From Phycisphaerales bacterium (GTDB lineage: Bacteria; Planctomycetota; Phycisphaerae; Phycisphaerales; UBA1924): 64,000 bases of DNA. The notes beneath the pieces were generated by a model. It saw only the letters and a list, made by a program, of their open reading frames with translations. It did no database searches and was not told the origin of the DNA. Made by a program: the position numbers and the translations under genes. The DNA is taken from the NCBI GenBank assembly GCA_045105315.1, contig JBGCDI010000003.1:1709-65708 (forward strand), given 5' to 3'. Below are positions 56,083 through 64,000 of the stretch, in pieces. The stretch's first letter is position 1. Each line of letters starts with the position of its first letter.

Positions 56083-57129
56083 TCAAGGACAGCCAGCCGC
56101 AAACGCAGCAAGGAACGCAGACACATCCAAGAAGTTGAAACTCCCATCCGTCTCAAAGTCCGCCGATGGATCCATCGCTCCATACGCACTGAGAAAAGCT
56201 GAAACATCCAAGAAGTTCAAATCACCCTCGCCGGTCAAATCAGCAAGACACGCTCCCCCAGCTTCCTCAACCACAAGCGTCACCGCGTCCCATGTCTGAC
56301 TCGATTCGATCACCCCAACCTCACTCGCAGCACCCGTCGAAGTATCAACCGTAAACAAACTGCTCGAAATTTCAACAAACACATCAGGGGAAACCTCATT
56401 AAATCCCTGCACAACCGCATAAAGCGTTCCATCAGGCGCAAAGTCCAACCCAGTCTCAAACTGAGCACTAAACCCGATCCCACTCACAGAAAGCGTTGAT
56501 GCAATCGTGTTGGCTCCGAGGTCCACTTCAACAAGCTGCACACCGCCGCCGTTTGTGGTAGCAAGCCCATACAAATCGCCCGCATCCAGGGTCGGATGCC
56601 CCTCCGGAACAATCGCCAAAGATGAGATCGGATTGAAACTCAAAATATTGTTCACGCTCAGCACTTCGCCCGTTGCTGCATCCGCCTGGATAAACCGCAA
56701 GAACGCGCCGACAGTGTTGACCACAATCGCGGTCGACCCATCATTAGTCAATGCCATCCCGACCACACCCGATTCCATAAACCCAATCGAATCAATCAGC
56801 GTGTTCCCGCCGCCCATCACATCAAGCGCCCGAAGCGAGTTGGTCGTATTCTCCACCGCGATCAACGAGCCCGACGAGCTCATATCCGCACCGCCAAACC
56901 GAAGCACATCCCCAGCCATCGGGAAAACCTCAACATCACTCGGATCACTCAGGTTCACCCGCCCAACCACCGCAAGCTCAATCCCCGGCGCACCAAAGAA
57001 TCCCGACCCTTCAATAATGTACGCGTGTGTTGATCCTCCAAAAGAAGACCCAGCACACCCCGTAACAACCAAAGCGCCCGCAAGCACACCATGGATCCGA
57101 TTCTTCGTCGTAGTCATTGCGTATCTCAT
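56083..57129 (-). CDS. secreted lipoprotein, beta-propeller-like body plus double dockerin-like C-terminal tag
   Basis: Lipobox ALVVTGCAG. The last 55 aa are CLADLTGEGDLNFLDVSAFLSAYGAMDPSADFETDGSFNFLDVSAFLAAFAAGCP. ATGA overlap with the upstream gene. Confidence 0.7.
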   Translation of the reverse strand: MRYAMTTTKNRIHGVLAGALVVTGCAGSSFGGSTHAYIIEGSGFFGAPGIELAVVGRVNLSDPSDVEVFPMAGDVLRFGGADMSSSGSLIAVENTTNSLRALDVMGGGNTLIDSIGFMESGVVGMALTNDGSTAIVVNTVGAFLRFIQADAATGEVLSVNNILSFNPISSLAIVPEGHPTLDAGDLYGLATTNGGGVQLVEVDLGANTIASTLSVSGIGFSAQFETGLDFAPDGTLYAVVQGFNEVSPDVFVEISSSLFTVDTSTGAASEVGVIESSQTWDAVTLVVEEAGGACLADLTGEGDLNFLDVSAFLSAYGAMDPSADFETDGSFNFLDVSAFLAAFAAGCP

Positions 57130-58262
57130 TTCTTCACCCCCATTTCATTCATCTCAATCAACTCGCCGCGCTCATCACGCATGATGAGCTCTCGATCCCG
57201 AAGATCAGGCTCCGCTTCCCGATCAACCAACTCAAGATCAACACCACGAATCCGTTTAGGGATCCCAGGCAATACATGCGCCGTGATATACCGGAATCCA
57301 TCACCCGCCGCTTCAGTATCAACAACAAGCCCCGCCCGAGTCACCTCAAAGACACCGCTCGTCGTCGTCACCAGCAGATTCCCATTCCCAAGCTCCGCAA
57401 TACCCCGGTACAACTCAAGTGTCCCAGGATCGTACTGACCCACAAGCGATCCGCTGGAATCAAACTCCAAAATAAACCCGCTGCTAAACGCGCACACGAG
57501 CAAGTTCCCATTACTCGCCACCGCCATCTGCTGAGGAAAGTCCAGCTGCGGAACCGTGATCCCGTTCACAAACCGCTCATTAAACTTCCCCGCAAGCGTG
57601 TACCGAACAATCTTGTCCTGCCCCTCATCCGCAACAAGCACCTCCCCGTTGTACTCAATCGCATCAAACGGCCCCCGGATCCCGCCGTACCTATTAAACG
57701 CAAAATCAGTCATCTCTGATCCGTCAACCGAATCAAGCATCTTCACATTCTTCTGCGAAACAACCAAGTCATTATTCGATCCCGAGTTCGTCACAAGCAC
57801 GCTCCCCGCATGAGGACCACCCGTCAATACATGCCCGCCCCGTATGTTGTCCATGATGCTTGTATCACGCACGCCCCCAAGAGAATAGATCCCAAGATAA
57901 GTCAGCCCATCACTGCTGAACTGCGAGACCACATCAGCAAACTGATCCACCACCAAAAGCGTCCCGTCGCCCCCAACCAAAACCTCCAAAGGCCGATTAA
58001 AAACGTCAACCCCGCCATCACTCCCCGGATCAGTAATAAACCCAGTATCAAGCAGCGATCCATCAAACGCATCAAACATCCACACCGAATCCGACACCGA
58101 ATCAGGAATCAAAAGCACATCCTGAGCCATGCTTACAGGAGCAACCCCGCACACACACACGCACACTGCCCTGATCACATTCGGACCAGCAAAGTATCGA
58201 ATCACATCCTTCACGCCGCACATTTTCATACAAATCCCTTTCCTTTGGATCAGTAGCTTCAA
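57126..58262 (-). CDS. secreted NHL-like beta-propeller protein (no C-terminal tag)
   Basis: 378 aa. Signal-like AVCVCVCGVAPVSMAQ. Repeated ...LVVDQFADVVSQFSSDG..., ...VLVADEGQDKIVRYTLAG..., ...LLVCAFSSGFILEFDSSG... Confidence 0.6.
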   Translation of the reverse strand: MKLLIQRKGICMKMCGVKDVIRYFAGPNVIRAVCVCVCGVAPVSMAQDVLLIPDSVSDSVWMFDAFDGSLLDTGFITDPGSDGGVDVFNRPLEVLVGGDGTLLVVDQFADVVSQFSSDGLTYLGIYSLGGVRDTSIMDNIRGGHVLTGGPHAGSVLVTNSGSNNDLVVSQKNVKMLDSVDGSEMTDFAFNRYGGIRGPFDAIEYNGEVLVADEGQDKIVRYTLAGKFNERFVNGITVPQLDFPQQMAVASNGNLLVCAFSSGFILEFDSSGSLVGQYDPGTLELYRGIAELGNGNLLVTTTSGVFEVTRAGLVVDTEAAGDGFRYITAHVLPGIPKRIRGVDLELVDREAEPDLRDRELIMRDERGELIEMNEMGVKK

Positions 58263-58450
58263 TCAGTGTTCTCAATCGTACCACAACGCTCCCAAAACGT
58301 GAATACAAAAAATAATGAATAATCCGGTATTGGCCAGTGTTTCATTCATCCCGCCCCAGTGCCCATCAAAACCGTATGAAAACAATCCATATCTACTCTC
58401 AGAAATATACAGCACAAACCTCCACCTTCATATTCCTGAAAGGAACCATC

Positions 58451-58939
58451 ATGAAAACGCTCACAATCACTGCTCTGCTCACAACCTCCCTCATGCTCAC
58501 CGGATGCACAAAATCCGACTCGCAAACCGCTTCCGATTCAGCTCCAGCTCAAGATTCAATCGTTGATTCAATGACCGATCAAGCACAAGAAGTCATCCAA
58601 GACCAAATCGACGCAGTCGAAGAATCCGCTCTCCACACCGGATCATTCTCCGGACGCAACGACCACATCGTCACCGGCACCGTCACCATCGTCAAAGCAG
58701 GCGACAAACAGTTCCTCGTCCTCGGACCAGCATTCACCCTCGACGGCGCACCAGATCCAAAAATCGGATTCGGTTCAAACGACACCTACGACGCCGAATC
58801 AATGTTCACACCGCTCAACAAACTCACCGGCACCCAGCGCTACGAGATCCCCGCAAACATCGATCCATCAAGCTACAACCAGGTCTACATCTGGTGCGAC
58901 AAGTTCTCCGTCGCCCTCGGCGTTGCATCAATCGAATAA
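58451..58939 (+). CDS. DM13-domain lipoprotein
   Basis: The Met at 58451 follows aaaggaacc. Lipobox LMLTGC. GSFSGRNDHIVTGTVTIVKAGDKQFLVLGPAFTLDGAPDPKIGFG...IWCDKFSVALGVA. Confidence 0.75.
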   Translation: MKTLTITALLTTSLMLTGCTKSDSQTASDSAPAQDSIVDSMTDQAQEVIQDQIDAVEESALHTGSFSGRNDHIVTGTVTIVKAGDKQFLVLGPAFTLDGAPDPKIGFGSNDTYDAESMFTPLNKLTGTQRYEIPANIDPSSYNQVYIWCDKFSVALGVASIE

Positions 58940-58970
58940 CCCAACAACAAACAGTCATCAACGACCATAA

Positions 58971-59009
58971 AAAAAGACACGCGAGCACCGCTCGCGTGTC
59001 TTCATTTTT
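58971..59009. terminator. bidirectional hairpin terminator between the convergent genes
   Basis: agacacgcgagc (58975-58986) pairs with gctcgcgtgtct (58990-59001), flanked by aaaaa and tcattttt. Confidence 0.6.
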
Positions 59010-59035
59010 ATGCATACATCAAACTCACACTCACA

Positions 59036-61027
59036 TCACGGACAACCCGCCCCAAACGCCGTCAGAAACGCCGAAACATCAAAGAAGTCAAAGCTCCCGT
59101 CCCCAGTAAAGTCCGCCGAAGGATCAGAGTTCCCGAACGCGGTTAAGAATGCACTCACATCAAAGAAGTCCAGCACCCCGTCGCCAGTGAGGTCAGCCAA
59201 ACAAACACTGGTATCCTCAACAATGTCGAGATTGATCCCGAACAAAACCTCGTTGATTTCATACAACAAACCTGCTGGTGCATCAGGAAGAACCACAGCA
59301 TCAAACGCCCCGACAACTTCGGTTCCAACCTCACCAAAGACCAATCTGAATGAGTCTCCAGCTGTTGGTGTATACTCGTCAACAAACTCAACACGCAGCT
59401 CTCCGCCAAGATTCAGCAACGCGCCGATATCGACAAAGAGCTCACCATCGTCATTTAACGATTCATGTCCAATCAGTAACTCAACCTTGCTCGTCGAGGT
59501 CAGTGTCATCTCGTCGAGAATTTCAAACCTTGGCTGCGGAACGAGTTTGCCCTCCACTGTGTAGTTGCCGTCAAACTCAGCCTCGCCCGAAATACGCTGA
59601 CCAGATCCAAAAGTCGCATTCGTCGCGCTAAAACCTCCGAGCGGGTAGTCAACATGAAACCCGCCAGTACCCTCGATTACAGCATCACTCCCGAACTCGA
59701 TGTCCATCGGGAAGATTTCGTCTGGATCAGTCTGGATGAGACCGTTATTCGTAAAGTTCCCCGAGATCCGAAGTTCCCCGTCACCTGATATCGAGAAGAG
59801 CCCATCGTTCGTACCTCCGATGAGATCGACCTGCGCGTAGTACACCGAGATATACCCATCCCCAAGCGTATTGAAGTAGCAATCCACCATGTTCGCAAAC
59901 TCACCAAGTCCAAGGCCCGATCCGCTCGCAGCTCCAAAGAGCCCAGACCCAGAGAAGCTATCAGTTAGTAGAAGCAGAAATTCAGGATCATCCGCGATGA
60001 TGGATCCGTTGTTCACAAAGTTGCCTCCGGATCCATCAGGGGTACCAATGACCCCCGCTCCTCGCACGGTCATGTTCTGCCCGATTGTTCCGGTGACTCC
60101 ACTATTGGTCGTCATATATGCCTTCGACGAGAAACCGGAGTGCAAGATAATCTCACCATTGCCCAGGATCGAAGCGTCAGAGGTAATCCTGAGCTCAGGC
60201 TCGTTCGCATCGACCTCGCTATTGATAACAATCTGGCCATTATTCAAGACAGAACCATCAACATGCAATCGGTGAAACGAATCAATCACATCGATCCGCC
60301 CGTTGATTTGCACATTGCTGATCGTTGCTGCAATACCACTAAGAATATATGGCCCCTCCACACGGATCACGCCGCCGTTAGTCGTAAACAACTCACCGCC
60401 GGTGATTGAGAGGCCGCCTTGGAGCAAGATTTCCCCGCCGTTGGCGCCGATGCGCCCGCTTGGTCCCTGCGTGATTGTGAAATCGAGTTCGAGCCCGACA
60501 CCGCCAATGTCATCTGCAACCACAATCCCATCATTATGGAAACTGCCTTCTATCCGTCCAGAGCCACCAATGGTATGTCCGGGTCCATTGGTAAGCGATG
60601 CGTTGTTCAGCGCATCAATGGTTGCGCCGCCCATTTCAAAAACTGCTCCCAATTCCACGCGTCCGTTTCCATCGAACCGACGATCTAAACTAAGATCGAT
60701 TTTTCCCGACTCGAGCCGCAGCGTTCCACTATTCAAGACATCTCCAGCAAGATCTAACTCCGCTCCCTGAATCAGCAGCGTTGCATCCGGATTCTGAATC
60801 GTAATATCACGAACCAGCGTTGGCATGTCGACTGTAACTGTGTACGGCAAGACATGCCCAAGCAGCACATCCGACCCCCCAAAATCAGGCACAACGCCAA
60901 GCGACCAGTTCGACGCCAGATGCCAATCCCCATCAACAGGAGAAACCCATTCATGCAACTGAGCGTGTCCAGAAGTAGCAGTACATCCAAATGCAACGAG
61001 CGTAGCAAAGAGAATTGATCGCATCAA
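59036..61027 (-). CDS. secreted beta-helix (autotransporter-associated beta-strand-repeat-like) protein with double dockerin-like C-terminal tag
   Basis: Signal MMRSILFATLVAFGCTATSGHAQ. GDWHLASNWSLGVVP opening and repetitive G/N/I-rich strands. Tail CLADLTGDGVLDFFDVSAFLTAFGNSDPSADFTGDGSFDFFDVSAFLTAFGAGCP. Confidence 0.7.
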   Translation of the reverse strand: MMRSILFATLVAFGCTATSGHAQLHEWVSPVDGDWHLASNWSLGVVPDFGGSDVLLGHVLPYTVTVDMPTLVRDITIQNPDATLLIQGAELDLAGDVLNSGTLRLESGKIDLSLDRRFDGNGRVELGAVFEMGGATIDALNNASLTNGPGHTIGGSGRIEGSFHNDGIVVADDIGGVGLELDFTITQGPSGRIGANGGEILLQGGLSITGGELFTTNGGVIRVEGPYILSGIAATISNVQINGRIDVIDSFHRLHVDGSVLNNGQIVINSEVDANEPELRITSDASILGNGEIILHSGFSSKAYMTTNSGVTGTIGQNMTVRGAGVIGTPDGSGGNFVNNGSIIADDPEFLLLLTDSFSGSGLFGAASGSGLGLGEFANMVDCYFNTLGDGYISVYYAQVDLIGGTNDGLFSISGDGELRISGNFTNNGLIQTDPDEIFPMDIEFGSDAVIEGTGGFHVDYPLGGFSATNATFGSGQRISGEAEFDGNYTVEGKLVPQPRFEILDEMTLTSTSKVELLIGHESLNDDGELFVDIGALLNLGGELRVEFVDEYTPTAGDSFRLVFGEVGTEVVGAFDAVVLPDAPAGLLYEINEVLFGINLDIVEDTSVCLADLTGDGVLDFFDVSAFLTAFGNSDPSADFTGDGSFDFFDVSAFLTAFGAGCP

Positions 61028-61119
61028 TAACCCCTATCTATTCAGTAAAGCAGCATCACGCCCAATGACGCGATGTTGCACAGTGTAAGCAATCTTCACT
61101 AAGAACACAAGGTAATTTC

Positions 61120-63153
61120 TTACGAACACCCCGCCGCAAACGCCGCGAGAAAAGCAGACACATCCAAGAAGTTAAAGTTCCCATCCCCAGCAAAGTCCGC
61201 AGCCGGATCCTGACTCCCAAACGCCGCGAGAAACGCCGAGACATCCAAGAAGTTCAGATCACCCTCGCCCGTCAGATCCGCCGGGCAATCATCCCCGTCA
61301 AGATACACAATCGATAAATCGTCAAGCCCATCATCACCCAAAGTAAACTCACCAACCTCAGCATCAAGCGTACTCTCACCAGGCGCGACCTGACCAAACT
61401 CAAAGTTCATATTCCCGCGCAGTTTCATGTACAAATCATTCCAATCGTCATGCCCGACATGCACCTCAAGATTCGGAGGCGCCATCGGATTAATACGATT
61501 CACATCAAGCGCAAACCCCTCAGTGTTCAGCGCCCCGTCGACATCCCAGTCAACAGAATCCCCGGGTCCGCCGCGAGCCGCCCAAATCTGATTGTCCCCG
61601 CTGGGATTCACCGGAGAGTCATTCCCAAACACAAACAAACGATCAGCAGTGGAGGGGTCACTCGATGCGATACCCGCAGACTCAGACAAGTTAAACTCAT
61701 CCACATCCGGAAGCTTGCTCCTCGAAAAATCTGTCCGCAGCGCATCATTCCAACCAGCCCCCCAGTTCGTCCGCCGGTACACATGCATGTAGTTCATCAC
61801 ACTAAAGTAGTTGGGTTTATAGTTCACATTGTCATCGCCCCCGTGCCGCAATCCAAGATTGTGCCCAAGCTCATGCATAATCGTCCGCGCCTGATCACCA
61901 GGATCAAGATCCGGATTCTGCAAGGTAATGACAAAGTCATCCCCAATAATCTCGCCCATGCCCCCAGGTGTAAACATTCTGCCAGGAATAATCACAGTAA
62001 GCTTCCCGCCAACAACACCATACCGGTACACCAACGACTTCGCCTGAATCACCGCTTCCGATATTGGCGATGCCCGCTCCGCCGGGGTCCCAAAGAAGTT
62101 CTCCCGCTGAGCCTGAAGCTGATTCCGGATCGTGCTGGTATTACTCCCCGATTGATCATCCACATAGTTCATGTCAGTAATACTGTTCTCATCAATATCC
62201 ATATGCAGATTGATGCCCTCAAACCCGTTCGGATTTGAAACAGGCGCATTCTCAAATGAATCAACCACCTGATCAAGCACATCCTGCGAAACATTCCCGC
62301 TCGCGTGCACATCAATCTCAACAAACAAGTCCTTCTGATCAACAGCCGCCCCCATCCCAGGCAGATCAATCTCAGGAACCCCGTCCATCTCAAAGTCAAT
62401 CCCCTCATCCTCCCACGCATCAAACAGCCCGTCCTGATCCGTATCAACATAATCCAGCCGAGCCACAAACCGCCCGCTCAGCTCCGCAACACTCGCCGCC
62501 CCGCTCTCATCCACTCCCGTCGACACCGTCGCCTGCACCAAAAGCGAGTACATCCCATCAGGATACAGCGTCACCGTATCAATAAACCGAATCTCGTTAC
62601 TGACATTCCCATCCATCGCAAACGAACTCAGCTCGCTCTGAACATTCACAAACTCACCCGGATTCGATGGACTAAACCCAAGCAACTGAAAACGAACCAA
62701 CACAACCGCGCCCGATGTAAACCCCATCGGCAAAGGCTGATCCAAAATAAACCCGCCCGATACCGCAACATCAGTCTCAAACACCGTTGTCAACGCCGCC
62801 CCCGCCGCCCCACCAGCATTGGCAGAAATATTGAGCGCATTGCCAAGCGTCACCTGCGACGACAACTCCGTCACAAACTCAAGCCCCAGATCATCAAGAC
62901 GGATCGCAACATCCGCAGAAGCAACCCCGCTCCCACCATCAATCCCAACAAACGCAGATAGATCCTCAACAAGCGACCCCGCCACCATCAGCTCGCGCTC
63001 TTGCTCATCAAGAAAAGACTCAAATGTACCCCGTTCTGTCCCCGACGCCTCAACCCTCGTCGTCAGATTCACCTCCCCAACCTCAAGCTGCCCCCAGCAC
63101 ACCGAAGTAAGCATCGCAAAACAAACACCCAAAGCACACACTGAACGAATCAT
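61120..63153 (-). CDS. secreted zinc metalloprotease (HExxH...H) with double dockerin-like C-terminal tag
   Basis: Signal MIRSVCALGVCFAMLTSVCWG. TIMHELGHNLGLRHGG. Tail CPADLTGEGDLNFLDVSAFLAAFGSQDPAADFAGDGNFNFLDVSAFLAAFAAGCS. Confidence 0.75.
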   Translation of the reverse strand: MIRSVCALGVCFAMLTSVCWGQLEVGEVNLTTRVEASGTERGTFESFLDEQERELMVAGSLVEDLSAFVGIDGGSGVASADVAIRLDDLGLEFVTELSSQVTLGNALNISANAGGAAGAALTTVFETDVAVSGGFILDQPLPMGFTSGAVVLVRFQLLGFSPSNPGEFVNVQSELSSFAMDGNVSNEIRFIDTVTLYPDGMYSLLVQATVSTGVDESGAASVAELSGRFVARLDYVDTDQDGLFDAWEDEGIDFEMDGVPEIDLPGMGAAVDQKDLFVEIDVHASGNVSQDVLDQVVDSFENAPVSNPNGFEGINLHMDIDENSITDMNYVDDQSGSNTSTIRNQLQAQRENFFGTPAERASPISEAVIQAKSLVYRYGVVGGKLTVIIPGRMFTPGGMGEIIGDDFVITLQNPDLDPGDQARTIMHELGHNLGLRHGGDDNVNYKPNYFSVMNYMHVYRRTNWGAGWNDALRTDFSRSKLPDVDEFNLSESAGIASSDPSTADRLFVFGNDSPVNPSGDNQIWAARGGPGDSVDWDVDGALNTEGFALDVNRINPMAPPNLEVHVGHDDWNDLYMKLRGNMNFEFGQVAPGESTLDAEVGEFTLGDDGLDDLSIVYLDGDDCPADLTGEGDLNFLDVSAFLAAFGSQDPAADFAGDGNFNFLDVSAFLAAFAAGCS

Positions 63154-63334
63154 AATTTAAATCTCATCAATCAAGTATCAACACCCACACCCAAGATCAA
63201 CAAACCGATCCAAAGCTCAGTGTCATAAATAAATCGAACCACTAATATACATAAAAACGACTCCTGATCAAAACCAGAAGTCGTAAGAATGATCACAAAT
63301 TTGTGAACTCAATTCAGCATTCTGCCCTCGATGC

Positions 63335-64000
63335 TCACGGACACCCCATCCCAAACCGCAACAAGAACTCCGAAACATCAAAGAAGTTCAACGCCCCATC
63401 GTCGTTGAGATCAACAACACAAGCATCAGGATCGGAGCGGACAGCAAGGATCGCCGTATCACTCGTTACATCACCATACGGGTTTGTGATCAAACAGTCG
63501 TAAAAACCTACAGCACCCTCATCTCCCAAGACCTGCAACACAGCTGAGTTGACGCCCATAACCGTGAGACTATCCATGAGCGGAACCCCATCGCGCCTCC
63601 ACTGGTAATCAGCATCTGAATCATCGTTGAGCGTGATACTAAAGCTCGCAAACACGCCAGCATCAACAATGATCGATTCTGGTTGCTGATCCACTATCGG
63701 CCCAAGGTAGTACACATACGCCGAGCCAATGTCCACACCCTCTTTACCATCACCACGCGGCGCCCCGGCGACAATTGTGTTCCCAGAGATCCCAACCGAT
63801 GTGCCAAACAGATCAAACATCGCGCCGTCAGAGGAAGTCAGCTCCAAGATCTGCTCACCGGTCGCTATATCAAAGACAAAGGCTGTGCCGGTATTGGTAG
63901 TAACACCCTCGGAGTTCAGTGCCCCGATGACCGCTATGTCGCCCGAGATTGCCACAGATTCCCCAAAGAAGTCGCTCTCCATAGCGTCTGTCGCAGTCAG
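63335..64000 (-). CDS. FG-GAP-like repeat plus Ig-like domain protein with single dockerin-like C-terminal loop, 5'-truncated by window edge
   Basis: The frame is open to nt 64000. FFGESVAISGDIAVIGA and LFGTSVGISGNTIVAGAP. Ig-like YQWRRDG...YDCLITNPYGDVTS. Tail CVVDLNDDGALNFFDVSEFLLRFGMGCP. Confidence 0.65.
   Translation of the reverse strand: MTATDAMESDFFGESVAISGDIAVIGALNSEGVTTNTGTAFVFDIATGEQILELTSSDGAMFDLFGTSVGISGNTIVAGAPRGDGKEGVDIGSAYVYYLGPIVDQQPESIIVDAGVFASFSITLNDDSDADYQWRRDGVPLMDSLTVMGVNSAVLQVLGDEGAVGFYDCLITNPYGDVTSDTAILAVRSDPDACVVDLNDDGALNFFDVSEFLLRFGMGCP

Noticed and set aside
61450-63160. A series of long + strand ORFs (61450..62238, 62235..62585, 62305..62961, 62819..63160) antisense to the metalloprotease gene
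   Set aside because: They have basic, Ile/Arg/His/Pro-rich low-complexity translations. The minus strand has a signal peptide, HExxH and the conserved tail. These are shadow ORFs in a C/A-rich strand. The same reasoning applies to 56507..57184, 57117..57719, 57810..58256, 59010..59564 and 60303..60770.
1-64000. Search for prophage, transposon, integron, toxin-antitoxin, restriction-modification or other known defence modules
   Set aside because: No integrase, transposase, recombinase, phage structural, nuclease/helicase-pair or methyltransferase signatures were seen in any translated ORF. No terminal inverted repeats or tRNA-flanked islands were noticed. The window reads as core chromosome plus cell-surface genes.

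Overview
Dense, two-stranded chromosomal segment with about 53 protein-coding genes and a GC content in the mid-50s % (judged by eye, not computed). It looks like core genome of a diderm, flagellated bacterium. The lineage is most plausibly Planctomycetota/Phycisphaerae-like; this is inferred from a PEP-CTERM tail, Cys-bracketed dockerin-like C-terminal tags, unlinked dnaA and dnaN, and extended TatC and S9.

Gene content from left to right:
- cysD (partial) and cysN, then a PEP-CTERM protein.
- A nonulosonic-acid/flagellin-glycosylation-type locus (GNAT, GT4, CBS, HIT, NeuB-like, NeuA-like, and a 1,248-aa Maf/DUF115 fusion protein), close to flgM.
- ispE and NIF3, then a ~1,480-aa double beta-propeller protein.
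- rpiB plus a TsaC::LMW-phosphatase fusion.
- dnaA, followed by a ~550-bp non-coding block with DnaA-box-like sites, an AT-rich tract and 14-bp tandem repeats.
- tadA-tatC, an ECF sigma/anti-sigma/PDZ module, moxR, rrf2, lysS and pyrE.
- Two tandem TVP38 paralogs and a CPBP protease.
- rplM-rpsI, lpxC-lpxD-skp-bamA, dnaN and tkt.
- At the right end, a run of secreted proteins sharing a 55-aa dockerin/EF-hand-like C-terminal module that ends in G-C-[P/S].

I found no rRNA, tRNA, CRISPR array, transposase, integrase or recognisable defence system. All functional calls come from motif recognition in the supplied translations. No searches were run, and start codons are provisional.
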